A program made the translations under genes and the position numbers. DNA of 64,000 nucleotides from Escherichia coli (lineage in GTDB: Bacteria > Pseudomonadota > Gammaproteobacteria > Enterobacterales > Enterobacteriaceae), in the NCBI RefSeq assembly GCF_022846255.1, contig NZ_AP025682.1; one strand, given 5' to 3'. A model generated the notes under the pieces. It was not told the DNA's origin, did not search any database, and was given only the letters and a program-made list of their open reading frames with translations. Below, in pieces: positions 1-9,677 of this stretch. Each line of letters starts with the position of its first letter. Within the stretch, counting starts at the first letter, position 1.

Positions 1-1468
1 TAATGGGGATCACCCGGAACAGCCCATGTTTTTTCGAGCGTTCATACACAATGGTCGGGTCAATCCCGCCAATATCCCAGCAGATACGGGATACCGACAT
101 TTCTGCACCATTCCGGCGGGTATAGGTTTTATTGATGGCCTCATCCACACGCAGCAGCGTCTGTTCATCATCGTGGCGGCCCATAATAATCTGCCGGTCA
201 ATCAGCCAGCTTTCCTCACCCGGCCCCCATCCCCATACGCGCATTTCGTAGCGATCCAGCTGGGAGTCGATACCGGCAGTCAGGTAAGCCACACGGTCAG
301 GAACGGGCGCTGAATAATGCTCTTTCCGCTCTGCCATCACTTCAGCATCCGGACGTTCACCGATTTTCGCTTCCCATGTCTCACCGAGCGTGGTGTTCAC
401 GAAGGTTTTACGTTTTCCCGTATCCCCTTTCGTTTTCATCCAGTCTTTGACAATCTGCACCCAGGTGGTGAACGGGCTGTACGCCGTCCAGATGTGAAAG
501 GTCACGCTGTCCGGCGGCTCAATCTCTTCACCGGATGACGAAAACCAGAGAATGCCATCACGGGTCCAGATCCCGGTCTTTTCGCAGATATAACGGGCAT
601 CAGTGAAGTCCAGCTCCTGCTGGCGGATGACGCAGGCATTATGTTCGCAGAGATAAAACACGCTGGCGGGATCATCCGGCGTCCATTTGAGGCCAAACGG
701 CGTCTCTTTATCGCCAAATTTAAGGTACTGCTCCTCCCCGCAGTGCGGGCAGGCAACATGAAAACGCATAAAATGCGGGGATTCACTGGCTGCACGCTCA
801 ATCTGACAGGTGCCTCTCACTTTGGGCGTGGAGCCACGGATGGACTTTGGCCAGACCGAGCCTTCAATACGCTTGTCACCCAAGAACGTCGGAGAGCCTT
901 CCTGTTCAATATCATCATCAAAGGCAGCAAGTTCATCATAACCCGCCACATCCACCGACTTTTCACGGTAGTTTTTTGCCGCTTTACCGCCCAGGCACCA
1001 GAAACCACGCCCATTGGTGAAACGCTTCATGGTGAGCGTGTTATCCCGGTGCTTTTTGCCATACCACGGGGCCAGCGCCAGCAGCGACGGAATATCGCGG
1101 ATGGTCGGCTCAACGTGGGTTTTCATAAAGTTCTCGGCATCACCATCCGTCGGCAACCAGATAAGGGTGTTGCGCTGCTTATGCTCTATGAAGTAGGCAT
1201 AAACACCCAACAGCATTTTGGAATAACCGACACGGGCAGACTTCACCACATTCACCTCGCGGATGTAGTCGCTGCCCATCGCATTCATGATGGCCCGCTG
1301 AAAGGGCAGTGTTTCCCAGCGCCCTTCCTGGTATGCGGATTCTTTCGGGAGATAGTAATTGGCATCCGCCCATTCAACGGCGGTCTGTGGCTCCGGCCTG
1401 AACAGTGAGCGAAGCCCGGCGCGGACAAAATGCCGCAGCCTGTTAACCTGACTGTTCGATATATTCAC
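1..1468 (-). CDS. A: Terminase large subunit gpA, C-terminal part cut by window edge
   Basis: Minus-strand reading from GTG at 1468 gives MNISNSQVNRLRHF...; frame at window start reads ...TIVYERSKKHGLFRVIPI, matching lambda gpA as recalled; start overlaps Nu1 end. Not in ORF track because it has no stop inside the window. Confidence 0.85.
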   Translation of the reverse strand, partial: MNISNSQVNRLRHFVRAGLRSLFRPEPQTAVEWADANYYLPKESAYQEGRWETLPFQRAIMNAMGSDYIREVNVVKSARVGYSKMLLGVYAYFIEHKQRNTLIWLPTDGDAENFMKTHVEPTIRDIPSLLALAPWYGKKHRDNTLTMKRFTNGRGFWCLGGKAAKNYREKSVDVAGYDELAAFDDDIEQEGSPTFLGDKRIEGSVWPKSIRGSTPKVRGTCQIERAASESPHFMRFHVACPHCGEEQYLKFGDKETPFGLKWTPDDPASVFYLCEHNACVIRQQELDFTDARYICEKTGIWTRDGILWFSSSGEEIEPPDSVTFHIWTAYSPFTTWVQIVKDWMKTKGDTGKRKTFVNTTLGETWEAKIGERPDAEVMAERKEHYSAPVPDRVAYLTAGIDSQLDRYEMRVWGWGPGEESWLIDRQIIMGRHDDEQTLLRVDEAINKTYTRRNGAEMSVSRICWDIGGIDPTIVYERSKKHGLFRVIPI

Positions 1469-1988
1469 TCAGCAACCCCGGTATCAGTTCATCCAGCGCG
1501 GCTGCTTTGTTCATGGCTTTGATGATATCCCGTTTCAGGAAATCAACATGTCGGTTTTCCAGTTCCGGAAAACGCCGCTGCACCGACAGGGGGATCCCGT
1601 CGAGAATACTGGCAATTTCACCTGCGATCCGCGACAGCACGAAAGTACAGAATGCAGTTTCCACCACTTCAGCGGAGTCTCTGGCATTTTTCAGCTCCTG
1701 TGCGTCGGCCTGCGCACGCGTAAGTCGATGGCGTTCGTACTCAATAGTCCCTGGCTGGAGATCTGTCTCGCTGGCCTGCCGCAGTTCTTCAACTTCCCGG
1801 CGCAGCTTTTCGTTCTCAATTTCAGCATCCCTTTCGGCATACCATTTTATGACGGCGGCAGAGTCATAAAGCACCTCATTACCCTTCCCACCGCCTCGCA
1901 GAACGGGCATTCCCTGCTCCTGCCAGTTCTGAATGGTACGGATACTCGCACCGAAAATGTCAGCCAGCTGCTTTTTGTTGACTTCCAT
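1443..1988 (-). CDS. nu1: Terminase small subunit Nu1
   Basis: ORF track 181 aa, MEVNKKQLADIFGASIRTIQNWQEQGMPVLRGGG... essentially identical to lambda Nu1 as recalled. Confidence 0.95.
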   Translation of the reverse strand: MEVNKKQLADIFGASIRTIQNWQEQGMPVLRGGGKGNEVLYDSAAVIKWYAERDAEIENEKLRREVEELRQASETDLQPGTIEYERHRLTRAQADAQELKNARDSAEVVETAFCTFVLSRIAGEIASILDGIPLSVQRRFPELENRHVDFLKRDIIKAMNKAAALDELIPGLLSEYIEQSG

Positions 1989-2149
1989 TGTTCATTCCAC
2001 GGACAAAAACAGAGAAAGGAAACGACAGAGGCTAAAAAGCCCGTTTTCAGCACCTGTCGTTTCCTTTCTTTTCAGGGGGTGTTTTAAATAAAAACATTAG
2101 GTTACGGCGAAGAAGAACGGAAACGCCTTAAACCGGAAAATTTTCATAA

Positions 2150-2190
2150 ATAGCGAAAACCCGCGCGCCTTCCGCCCCGTAGTCTGCCGG
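2150..2190. other. cos region (cosN-like) upstream of Nu1
   Basis: Minus strand reads ACGGGGCGGAAGGCGCGCGGGTTTTCGCTATTTATGAAAATTTTCCGG, colinear with the lambda cos flank except a 6-nt block. Confidence 0.5.
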
Positions 2191-2331
2191 ATTGCCGGAA
2201 AGGACCCGCCAGCCATTCGGGTTTACTTCACAATGGGATTTAATATCTGAACGACCAAAGTTGTGCGACCACGGTCGCACAGACCTGAATACACGTCCTG
2301 TTTCTTCCACCCTCGCACAGGACTGACGAGC

Positions 2332-2514
2332 ATGAGGGACAAACCCGCGCACCATAAACGCGGTAAAAACCCGGTGTGCATCGTTTTTGATTATTCCCGC
2401 ACACTCACGCAGAAGGAATTCCCTGTCGGGCTACGGTCATGGTTAATGCGGGAATACAGCGACGATACAGCGCATGATGTGTCAGGCTTGAATACCCTTA
2501 TCGAATCCCGGTAA
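2332..2514 (+). CDS. Hypothetical small protein between cos and Rha gene
   Basis: In-frame ATG with AGGA upstream inside ORF 2263..2514; protein-like composition; overlaps an alternative minus-strand ORF 2128..2355. Confidence 0.25.
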   Translation: MRDKPAHHKRGKNPVCIVFDYSRTLTQKEFPVGLRSWLMREYSDDTAHDVSGLNTLIESR

Positions 2515-3030
2515 TAAAAACTGTCCCTGTCTCTCCAGGCGTTTCAGCTTTGCAAGCAATTGAGGTTTTTTCGTTCTCCCCCAGCGATTGAGCAGGCGGC
2601 CAGACATACTGGCGACATCCTTCTCTTTCATATACTCCAGCATTATGGCGTTGCGTTCTGCTTCATAACTTTCGCTGTACTTACGGAGTTCTGCTGACAT
2701 CCAGTTAAAGGCATTTATATAGGCCTCTTTAACGGCGTCGGCTTTTGCGCCATTAAATCCCATAACCAGCATAACGAAGCCGCTAAAGTCCATGCGGTAG
2801 TAAGTCTGCTTCTTGTCGAAAATCCCTAAGCCATTGATTTTTTCGGCAACGCAAAAATGCGCTCTCCGGAAATCTTCTGAGCAATGACAATTTTTCAGCG
2901 CCCTCAATACGTCCGCGTGACGCTTACCAAAAGCCTTTGCGATTTGGAAGGTGTCAGTTACCGGCTCACCCTCTGCTGCGGTAACTAACTGGCGAAAGTC
3001 AAAATCAGAAGTCTCAATTAATTCACTCAT
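2482..3030 (-). CDS. Rha-family phage regulatory protein (putative)
   Basis: 182 aa; N-terminal ...TDTFQIAKAFGKRHADVLRALKN... resembles Rha-family DNA-binding region. Confidence 0.55.
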   Translation of the reverse strand: MSELIETSDFDFRQLVTAAEGEPVTDTFQIAKAFGKRHADVLRALKNCHCSEDFRRAHFCVAEKINGLGIFDKKQTYYRMDFSGFVMLVMGFNGAKADAVKEAYINAFNWMSAELRKYSESYEAERNAIMLEYMKEKDVASMSGRLLNRWGRTKKPQLLAKLKRLERQGQFLLPGFDKGIQA

Positions 3031-3181
3031 GTCGTATGCCTACTCTTTGAAATGAACCTTTGCCGCACAGGAAACCAGCCCACCGAGGCTCGCCAGCACT
3101 AACTGGTATCCTCAAAGGCCCATTCCAAAGGGTCAGGTTCGGTGTTTATTGTGCGCTGCGGTGCGCGGTGAAATACCGGTA

Positions 3182-3212
3182 CAAAAATGCCCCGCATCTG
3201 CGAGGCATTTTC
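3182..3212 (-). terminator. Putative intrinsic terminator downstream of Rz
   Basis: Minus strand hairpin ATGCCTCGCA-GA-TGCGGGGCAT followed by TTTTTG. Confidence 0.4.
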
Positions 3213-3248
3213 CTGAAAGTCACTTGTTAAATTTCAGTGAAATTAAAA

Positions 3249-3698
3249 TTATTTTAAGCACTGCGTCCTGATGTACTCCTGCAGGTAGTTAACCTGCGCG
3301 GTTATCCTGTCGATTCCACTTCGGAGACGGTAATAATTGAGTTCAGCATCTGCTGTAAGTCCTGGGCTTTCTCCATCGCCCATGCCGCTGGCTCCGGTCG
3401 TTGACTTTGCACAGGTGGCGGCGACTTGCAGGCGCTTACGCCCAGCAGAAACATCAGCACGGAGACTTTCAATAGTCGCGTTAGCATCAGCAAGCTCCTT
3501 TGTATATCTGGCATCGAGTTCTGCTACGTCACGTTGACGCTTCTGCATGTCAGCGATGATGGATGTGGCTTTGTCGCGCTGTTCTTTGTAGGTCATGGCG
3601 TTATCACGGTAATGATTAACAGCCCATGACAGGCAGACGATGATGCAGATAACCAGAGCGGAGATAATCGCGGTTACTCTGCTCATTGTTGCCCCCAC
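3249..3698 (-). CDS. Rz: Rz i-spanin
   Basis: 149 aa, N-terminal membrane anchor plus coiled-coil-like sequence, overlaps endolysin stop. Confidence 0.8.
   Translation of the reverse strand: MGATMSRVTAIISALVICIIVCLSWAVNHYRDNAMTYKEQRDKATSIIADMQKRQRDVAELDARYTKELADANATIESLRADVSAGRKRLQVAATCAKSTTGASGMGDGESPGLTADAELNYYRLRSGIDRITAQVNYLQEYIRTQCLK
3302..3487 (-). CDS. Rz1: Rz1 o-spanin lipoprotein embedded in Rz in another frame
   Basis: Embedded [23 protein letters not shown]..., lipobox VSAC, Pro-rich. Confidence 0.5.
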   Translation of the reverse strand: MLTRLLKVSVLMFLLGVSACKSPPPVQSQRPEPAAWAMEKAQDLQQMLNSIITVSEVESTG

Positions 3699-4180
3699 AA
3701 ACAGACTTCACGCTCAATCTCACGGCGAGCCATCAGCCCTTTCCATTGATTACCGCCAGCGTATGTCCAACGCCGTAGCTGATCACATGCGCCTTTGATA
3801 TCGCCCTGGTTTATTTTGCGAAGAAGCGTCGATGTTCTGAAATTGCCAGCGCCCACGTTGTAAACGAATGAGTAAAGAGCGCCGCGCGTTGTTTCCGGTA
3901 TATCGACTTTGATGTACGGGTTAATTTGTCTGGCGACAGTGGCAAGGTCTTTATTCAAGAGTGCTTTGCATTCTGCTTTGGTATACGTTTTACCGAGCAT
4001 GATGTCTTTTCCTGTATGCCCGTGACATACAGTCCATACACCAACAATATCTTTGTATGGTATGTAGCTGACACCTTCCAGACCATCGTTACCACCTGGG
4101 CCAGTGATTAACACTGATGCTATAGCAATTGCTCCGCCACCAATAGCAGCAGCAACGGCTTTTCGTAATGATGGAGGCAT
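3683..4180 (-). CDS. R: SAR endolysin (phage 21 R-type lysozyme)
   Basis: 165 aa; N-terminal Gly/Ala-rich signal-anchor-release segment [23 protein letters not shown] then lysozyme-like domain. Confidence 0.9.
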   Translation of the reverse strand: MPPSLRKAVAAAIGGGAIAIASVLITGPGGNDGLEGVSYIPYKDIVGVWTVCHGHTGKDIMLGKTYTKAECKALLNKDLATVARQINPYIKVDIPETTRGALYSFVYNVGAGNFRTSTLLRKINQGDIKGACDQLRRWTYAGGNQWKGLMARREIEREVCLWGQQ

Positions 4181-4395
4181 TATTCACCTCTCGCAGCCTT
4201 TCTTCTGTCTTCTCTGATTTTGAAGTACAGATTTGTCAGATAGGTGAGAAAGCCCAACACAAGGCTTCCAAGTACCCCAATCGCAGCCCACTGTGATGGA
4301 CTAACCTGATCCAACCACTGCAAAAACCAGTATCCCGCACTACCAGCGGATGTTCCGTAGGCAATGCCAGTTGAGATTTTGTCCATTGATTTCAT
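4180..4395 (-). CDS. S: Pinholin (phage 21 S-type)
   Basis: 71 aa, [30 protein letters not shown]... with dual-start motif MKSM and two TMDs, matches S21 as recalled. Confidence 0.9.
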   Translation of the reverse strand: MKSMDKISTGIAYGTSAGSAGYWFLQWLDQVSPSQWAAIGVLGSLVLGFLTYLTNLYFKIREDRRKAARGE

Positions 4396-4513
4396 AGCAA
4401 CGCCTCCGCCAGTAACGGATTGCGTAGTTCTTATATTGGGAAGGGGAAAAAAGAAGGCCGCGGCATAACTATCACTGATGAGTTCAGGATAGCCAGTGGC
4501 TACGGCTCAGTTA

Positions 4514-4589
4514 TGGTGCTGGTTAACGGACTTGAACCGCTACCCATTCGCTTACAAGGCGACTGCTCTACCATTGGAGCTAAACCAGC
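4514..4589 (-). tRNA. tRNA-like gene, anticodon TGT (Thr) by manual folding
   Basis: Cloverleaf: acceptor GCTGGTT/AACCAGC, D-arm GCTC/GAGC, anticodon loop CTTGTAA, T-arm AGCGG-TTCAAGT-CCGTT, encoded CCA; one mismatch atop the anticodon stem. Confidence 0.55.
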
Positions 4590-4594
4590 ATATT

Positions 4595-4669
4595 TGGCGG
4601 GACAGCGTGGACTCGAACCACGATAAGAAGGTTAACAGCCTTCCGTAATGACCTTTATACGACTGACCC
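4595..4669 (-). tRNA. tRNA-like gene, anticodon GTT (Asn) by manual folding
   Basis: Anticodon stem GAAGG/CCTTC, loop CTGTTAA, T-arm CGTGG-TTCGAGT-CCACG, encoded CCA; acceptor and D stems each have one mismatch. Confidence 0.5.
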
Positions 4670-4760
4670 AAATAAAAAAAGCCACCGTTGCAACTTAAGA
4701 GTCACTAACGGCAGCTTATGCCAATAGTGTTGCTCATTTGCTCAATGATGTCAACACGTT

Positions 4761-5249
4761 CTATGCTACATGTTTAATTTTCTCTACACATTTCCGATTT
4801 TTAAACGCACTATCCAGAACCGGGTGAATCATAAACAACGAGGCATTAAGGATTTCGTCAACTTCCCGTCGACAGGTTGCGAGCGATGGTTTTTGAATGC
4901 GCCCGCCGCCACGGCATAACATCTTGCGAGGTCTTGCGACGCGATGATAGTAAGATGCAATGGCGTGCTTGGAAGAGCCATGAGCGTAGTAGCTGAGGAG
5001 GATTCCAAAGGCTTTCTTGTCAATGTACATGACGGAATCGACGACCTGAGAAATCAACATTCCATCATCATCATTACACATTGGCCTTGTCATAACTCTT
5101 CCCGGCTCTACGCTCTCCATGAACTTCGCTATTACGCTGCTCATGCGCTTTTCCAGACGACCTGAATAAACCCATGCGCCCCACAGTTCAAGCCAGCCAT
5201 TCAGCCACTCATGCTGTTCTTTGGTGAGGTTTAGTTCTCTTATGCCCAC
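4761..5249 (-). CDS. Q: Late-gene antiterminator Q (phage 82/21 type, not lambda type)
   Basis: 162 aa; LELWGAWV... and ...[12 protein letters not shown]... resemble QuuD-like Q proteins; sits between nin genes and lysis cassette. Confidence 0.7.
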   Translation of the reverse strand: MGIRELNLTKEQHEWLNGWLELWGAWVYSGRLEKRMSSVIAKFMESVEPGRVMTRPMCNDDDGMLISQVVDSVMYIDKKAFGILLSYYAHGSSKHAIASYYHRVARPRKMLCRGGGRIQKPSLATCRREVDEILNASLFMIHPVLDSAFKNRKCVEKIKHVA

Positions 5250-5911
5250 GCGCCTTCTCCCTGTACCTGAATCAATGTGAGATTTCCGCAGAACACTGCC
5301 CCAGTATCGATATACATCTGGTTGGCAAATTTGAGTGGTTTCACTGCTGGCGTATGACCAAAGATAAACGTGTCCGCGCCTTTAATTTCTTTAACGATCC
5401 CGTCTTGTGAGTTGCTGATTCGTTCGCGGTTCCAGATTACCTGCTGATGATCAACTGGCTTTCCAAATTCGTATTCGTCACAAGGATAATCGGCGTGGCA
5501 GATGACATATTTTTTACCTTTGCTCACCAGTTCGATGATTAACGGAAGTTCTTCTGCTTTATGGGCAAGAGCTTTAGCCAGAATTTCTTTGTCGTAATCG
5601 AGATTAAAGAACCAGCCACCGCCATTAAGCAGCCAGTGATTAACGTTTCCACGCTCTGATAAGCCATCAATCATCATTTGCTCATGGTTTCCACGTACAG
5701 CTCTGAACCAGGGGAATGTGATTAATTCCAGGCATTCAACGTTCTCTGCGCCACGATCAACCAAATCGCCCACCGAGATAAGCAGGTCTTTTTTGTTATC
5801 GAATCCAATCGTATCCAGTTTGTTCATCAGGTTCGTGTAGCATCCGTGCAGATCGCCAACTACCCAAATATTTCGGTATTTGCTGCCATCAATTCTTTCG
5901 TAGATATTCAT
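5240..5911 (-). CDS. ninI: NinI Ser/Thr protein phosphatase
   Basis: 223 aa, GDLHG and GNHE metallophosphatase motifs, matches lambda NinI as recalled. Confidence 0.9.
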   Translation of the reverse strand: MNIYERIDGSKYRNIWVVGDLHGCYTNLMNKLDTIGFDNKKDLLISVGDLVDRGAENVECLELITFPWFRAVRGNHEQMMIDGLSERGNVNHWLLNGGGWFFNLDYDKEILAKALAHKAEELPLIIELVSKGKKYVICHADYPCDEYEFGKPVDHQQVIWNRERISNSQDGIVKEIKGADTFIFGHTPAVKPLKFANQMYIDTGAVFCGNLTLIQVQGEGAWA

Positions 5912-6519
5912 GCAGCCTCACTTCTGCTGTTTCGCAGTTTTTTAAGTTTCTGTTGATACTCCGCCTTGATGGTCCTGCACTCTTCGACAGTCCAGCGATG
6001 GCGGTTATGGTTTGATTCGATTTCGTCTACTGCTTCCTGCCCGATGCGGTTAATCAGTTCGACGCGATACGGAACGAGATTTCCGCTTTTGTGCTGGTTG
6101 CACACCACGCATTGCTTGTGAATATTACGTTCATCAAATCGGAGTTGAGGCGCCGCAGCAGTTGTCCGGTAATGCCCGGCATCCCACTGAGCAGACGTGA
6201 GCGTTCCGCACGAGATACATGGTAAGTCGCGGTCTCTTTCTCTGATGAAGGCGTTTACGGCTTGTTGGGCTTGTTTAATCCAGTAACTGCGGGGCTTTAA
6301 GGCGAGTTTTCGAATCTTAAGTTTATCTTTCTGTTTCTGCTCCTCTCGTCGTCGTTTCTTCTCTGCTGCCTTTTCCGCTTTTTCGCGTTCTTTGCTTCGT
6401 CGTTCGAGTGCTATCTTGGTTCCACACTCTGGAGAGCACCACCACTGATTGGCGAATGCAGGGTGAAACCATTCCCGACATTCATCGTTTTTACATCGTC
6501 TTCGCGCTGGTTTAGCCAT
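5908..6519 (-). CDS. ninG: NinG (Rap) recombination protein
   Basis: 203 aa, [22 protein letters not shown]..., matches lambda NinG as recalled. Confidence 0.9.
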   Translation of the reverse strand: MAKPARRRCKNDECREWFHPAFANQWWCSPECGTKIALERRSKEREKAEKAAEKKRRREEQKQKDKLKIRKLALKPRSYWIKQAQQAVNAFIRERDRDLPCISCGTLTSAQWDAGHYRTTAAAPQLRFDERNIHKQCVVCNQHKSGNLVPYRVELINRIGQEAVDEIESNHNRHRWTVEECRTIKAEYQQKLKKLRNSRSEAA

Positions 6520-6682
6520 CGTCTTCTTCCTCGTGCATCGAGCTATTCGGATCGCTCATCAGTTCTGCGCAGCAGTGCTCACACACGTGAACTTCCAGCA
6601 CATGCAGCTTCTGACCGCAGTTAGCGCACGTTAAAGCTCGCTCGACACTTCCTTGTTCGTAACTTCGATTTTGGTCAATCAC
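6512..6682 (-). CDS. ninF: NinF
   Basis: Manual minus-strand translation from GTG: [56 protein letters not shown]. Confidence 0.7.
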   Translation of the reverse strand: MIDQNRSYEQGSVERALTCANCGQKLHVLEVHVCEHCCAELMSDPNSSMHEEEDDG

Positions 6683-6861
6683 CTTGTTTTCCTCGCACGT
6701 TCTCTAAGCCACCGGATATCCCACAGATGAGCCGTGTAGTTGAAGGTTTTTACGTCAGATTCTTTTGGGATTGGCTTGCGTTTATTTCTGGAGCGCTTCG
6801 TTGGAAGGTATTTGCAGTTTTCGCAGATGATGTCGGTGATACTTCGTCGCTGTCGTCTCAT
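6679..6861 (-). CDS. ninE: NinE
   Basis: Internal Met of ORF 6679..6921: [51 protein letters not shown]... Confidence 0.7.
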   Translation of the reverse strand: MRRQRRSITDIICENCKYLPTKRSRNKRKPIPKESDVKTFNYTAHLWDIRWLRERARKTR

Positions 6862-7298
6862 GCCGCCCTGTCTCCCCATCGCGCTTTCCATTCGAGAGCC
6901 AGTCGCGCTTCGTCTGACCACTTAACGCCACGCTCTGTACCGAATGCCTGTATAAGCTCTAATAGCTCCGCAAATTCGCTTACACGCATCCTGCTGGTTG
7001 ACTGGCCTATTACCACAAAGCCATTCCCGGCAAGGTTAGGAACAACGTCCTGCTGCTTTAATGCTGCTGTAAAAACGCACTTCCAGCTTTCTGCATCCAG
7101 CCAGCGACCATGCCATTCAACCTGACGAGAGACGTCACCAAGGCAAGCCCAAAGCTTTCGATTCTGGTCTAAGCTGCGGTTGCGTTCCTGAATGGTTACT
7201 ACGATTGGTTTGGTTGGGTCTGGAAGGATTTGCTGGATAGCTTGAATGGCGTTCTGCTGATGTACTGGAGATCGAATTTCAAAGGTTAGTTTTTTCAT
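6858..7298 (-). CDS. ninB: NinB (Orf) recombination protein
   Basis: [31 protein letters not shown]... matches lambda NinB as recalled. Confidence 0.9.
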   Translation of the reverse strand: MKKLTFEIRSPVHQQNAIQAIQQILPDPTKPIVVTIQERNRSLDQNRKLWACLGDVSRQVEWHGRWLDAESWKCVFTAALKQQDVVPNLAGNGFVVIGQSTSRMRVSEFAELLELIQAFGTERGVKWSDEARLALEWKARWGDRAA

Positions 7299-7371
7299 GA
7301 CTTCCCTCTCCCCCAAATAAAAAGGCCTGCGATTACCAGCAGGCCTGTTATTAGCTCAGTGATGTAGATGG

Positions 7372-7662
7372 TCATCTTTTAACTCCATATACCGCCAATA
7401 CCCGTTTCATCGCGGCACTCTGGCGACACTCCTTAAAAATTAGGTTCGTGCTCATCTTTCCTTCCCGTTCTTCCTTGGTAGCAAACCGGTAATACACCGT
7501 TCGCCAGACCTTACCTTCGATAACCAGAAGACCTGCCCGTGCCATTTTAGCCGCGGCCTGATTTATGCTGGTTACTGTTGCGCCTGTTAGCGCGGCAACG
7601 TCCGGCGCACAGAAGCTATTATGCGTCCCCAGGTAATGAATAATTGCCTCTTTGCCCGTCAT
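7372..7662 (-). CDS. ren: Ren
   Basis: 96 aa, MTGKEAIIHYLGTHNSFCAPDVAALTGATVTSINQAAAKMARAGLL... Confidence 0.85.
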   Translation of the reverse strand: MTGKEAIIHYLGTHNSFCAPDVAALTGATVTSINQAAAKMARAGLLVIEGKVWRTVYYRFATKEEREGKMSTNLIFKECRQSAAMKRVLAVYGVKR

Positions 7663-8360
7663 ACACTTGCTCCTTTCAGTCCGAACTTAGCTTTGAGTTC
7701 TGCGATCTTCGCCAGAGCCTGTGCACGATTTAGAGGTCTACCGCCCATGACAGGAAGTTGTTTTACTGGTTCAGGGATCGCCTCACCACGGTTAATTCTC
7801 GCAGTCATATGGACAAGCTCATCTGCGGCCTTACGGCGTAATTCCGCATCAGTAAGCGCATTGGCCCGCATGTTCTGATACAGGTTGGTAACCAGCCAGT
7901 AGTGCGCGTTTGATTTCCACGGATAAGACTCCGCATCCGGATACAGGCCTCGCTTCCGGCAATACTCGTAAACCATATCAACCAGCTCGCTGACGTTTGG
8001 CAGTCCGGCGATAACGGATGCTTCTTCCCGGCACCATGCAACAAACTGCCCGGGTGATGGCAGAAATGGTCGATTCTGCCGACGGGCTACGCGCATTCCT
8101 GCGTTAACCTGTTCCATTGTGGTGATCCCGTTTTCCCGGAAAGCCAGAACCCACTGGCGGCGGATTTCGTTCAGTTCGTTCTGGTCACGGTTAGCCAGGC
8201 TCGCCGGGAAAGTTGCCAGTAACTGGCTGAACACACCGTTGATGATCTGCGCTACCTGCTGTACCTGAGGCTTTTCGTCGTACTGTTCCGGCATGTTGTT
8301 GGCGATCCGACGCATCTGCTCACGGTCAAAGTTAACCATCTGTGCGGCGATGTTTTTCAT
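7659..8360 (-). CDS. P: Replication protein P (DnaB loader)
   Basis: 233 aa, matches lambda P as recalled. Confidence 0.95.
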   Translation of the reverse strand: MKNIAAQMVNFDREQMRRIANNMPEQYDEKPQVQQVAQIINGVFSQLLATFPASLANRDQNELNEIRRQWVLAFRENGITTMEQVNAGMRVARRQNRPFLPSPGQFVAWCREEASVIAGLPNVSELVDMVYEYCRKRGLYPDAESYPWKSNAHYWLVTNLYQNMRANALTDAELRRKAADELVHMTARINRGEAIPEPVKQLPVMGGRPLNRAQALAKIAELKAKFGLKGASV

Positions 8361-9256
8361 AGATCCACCCCGTAAATCCAGTCAGTGTTCGTCAGGTCGA
8401 GTTTTGGTTTGCCGGCTGTCACGCCAGCCTGTTGCTTGTTTCGGTTGATTTCGAGCTGGGTCCACTTGTCGCGGAGTTTGGCCGGACTCAGCACGTTACC
8501 GGACCAGAAGTTGTCCTGGCATGCCCAGCGGAACAGTACACACATGTCGCGATGGTTGCGTCCGTCACGTTCACGCATCAGGCGGATATCGTTAGCCCAC
8601 CCAGCAAAATTCGGTTTTCTGGCTGATGGTGCGATAGTCTTCACCATGTCAAACATCCACTCTGCGGCGGTCAGGTCTTCTGCTGTCCCCCACTTGCTGC
8701 CGCTCTGAATTGCAGCATCCGGTTTAACCACAGAAAGATCGTTTTCTGGCTGGTCAGAGGATTCGCCAGAATTCTCGGACGAATAATCTTTTCTTTTTTC
8801 TTTTGTAATAGTGTCTTTTGTGTCCCCCTGTTTTGAGGGATAGCAATCCCCCAATTTGAGGGATGTTTTATCCCTCGTTTTAGGGGATTTTCCCTCGTTT
8901 TGAGGGATACACCATTCTGAGATGTTTTTATTTGGTCCAAACATGCCGCCTTGCTGCTTGATAATATTCATTCTGACGAGTTCTAACTTGGCTTCATTGC
9001 ACCGTTTGACAGGTAACTTTGTAATCTCGCTAAGTTGAGAATCGGTGATTCTGTCCATTGGTTTATTCCACCCATAGGTTTTACGCAGAATGGCAAGCAG
9101 CACTTTAAACTGTCGCTTGGTCAGATCTGCGCCTGAATAAGCCTCAAGCAGCATATTTGATAGTCTGGCGTAACCATCATCGAGATCTGCCACATTACGC
9201 TCCTGTCCGGTAAAGTTACCTCTGCCGAAGTTGAGTATTTTTGCTGTATTTGTCAT
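8357..9256 (-). CDS. O: Replication initiator O
   Basis: MTNTAKILNFGRGNFTGQERNVADLDDGYARL... matches lambda O; contains ori iterons. Confidence 0.95.
   Translation of the reverse strand: MTNTAKILNFGRGNFTGQERNVADLDDGYARLSNMLLEAYSGADLTKRQFKVLLAILRKTYGWNKPMDRITDSQLSEITKLPVKRCNEAKLELVRMNIIKQQGGMFGPNKNISEWCIPQNEGKSPKTRDKTSLKLGDCYPSKQGDTKDTITKEKRKDYSSENSGESSDQPENDLSVVKPDAAIQSGSKWGTAEDLTAAEWMFDMVKTIAPSARKPNFAGWANDIRLMRERDGRNHRDMCVLFRWACQDNFWSGNVLSPAKLRDKWTQLEINRNKQQAGVTAGKPKLDLTNTDWIYGVDL
8822..8908. repeat. ori-lambda iterons inside O
   Basis: Four tandem ~18-bp repeats of the form TCCCTCNTTTTGAGGGA followed by AT-rich DNA. Confidence 0.8.
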
Positions 9257-9290
9257 AATGACTCCTGTGGATTGATCCAGTCTTTCTACA

Positions 9291-9569
9291 TCAGGCCTCA
9301 AAACTGTTGCAGCAGTCTTGAGGCTTTTCTTTTGTCAGCACCATGGCTACTTTCTTTGCTAGCTTTGCTAATTCCTCGTCTTCAACACCCCACTCCAGCA
9401 CAGCCAGAAGCATGGCCATCTTTGGGATAAAGCTGTCTTTCCATCGCGAAATTTGCGATTCATTAATCCCTAATGCATCAGCAACCTTTCGCTGACCACG
9501 TACAGCAATTCGATTCAGGATGTTGCTTGTGATTGCATTCGCTTTCTTGCGAGTACTTGTAAGTTGCAT
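9291..9569 (-). CDS. c1: P22 C1-like (cII analogue) transcriptional activator
   Basis: Internal Met of ORF 9291..9656: MQLTSTRKKANAITSNILNRIAVRGQRKVADALGINESQISRW..., HTH. Confidence 0.75.
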   Translation of the reverse strand: MQLTSTRKKANAITSNILNRIAVRGQRKVADALGINESQISRWKDSFIPKMAMLLAVLEWGVEDEELAKLAKKVAMVLTKEKPQDCCNSFEA

Positions 9570-9631
9570 ATGTAAGTATTTCCTTAACAAATAAGAAGTT
9601 ATACGCACCAACTGATGCGCGTTGTATTCCC

Positions 9632-9672
9632 GCATTTCGGCGGGAATAAGGACCATGACTGTTAAAGAGCAA
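9632..9672 (-). promoter_or_regulatory. nutR (boxA + boxB)
   Basis: Minus strand GCTCTTTAACA (boxA) then hairpin CCCGCCGAAATGCGGG (boxB), downstream of cro. Confidence 0.6.
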
Positions 9673-9677
9673 TTTGC

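Noticed and set aside
26-1408. Plus-strand ORFs 26..313, 317..538 and 641..1408 (up to 255 aa)
   Set aside because: They lie antisense to terminase gene A, whose minus-strand frame matches lambda gpA. Their translations are Arg/Gly-rich and unprotein-like. Treated as shadow ORFs.
2128-2355. 75-aa minus-strand ORF between cos and the Rha gene
   Set aside because: Arg-rich, no SD, overlaps the more protein-like plus-strand ORF 2332..2514. Not annotated; neither alternative is strongly supported.
8822-8908. Tandem ~18-bp repeats that could be mistaken for a CRISPR array or mobile-element terminal repeats
   Set aside because: They are the ori iterons inside O, contiguous without spacers. No CRISPR-like repeat-spacer array and no cas genes were seen anywhere in the window.
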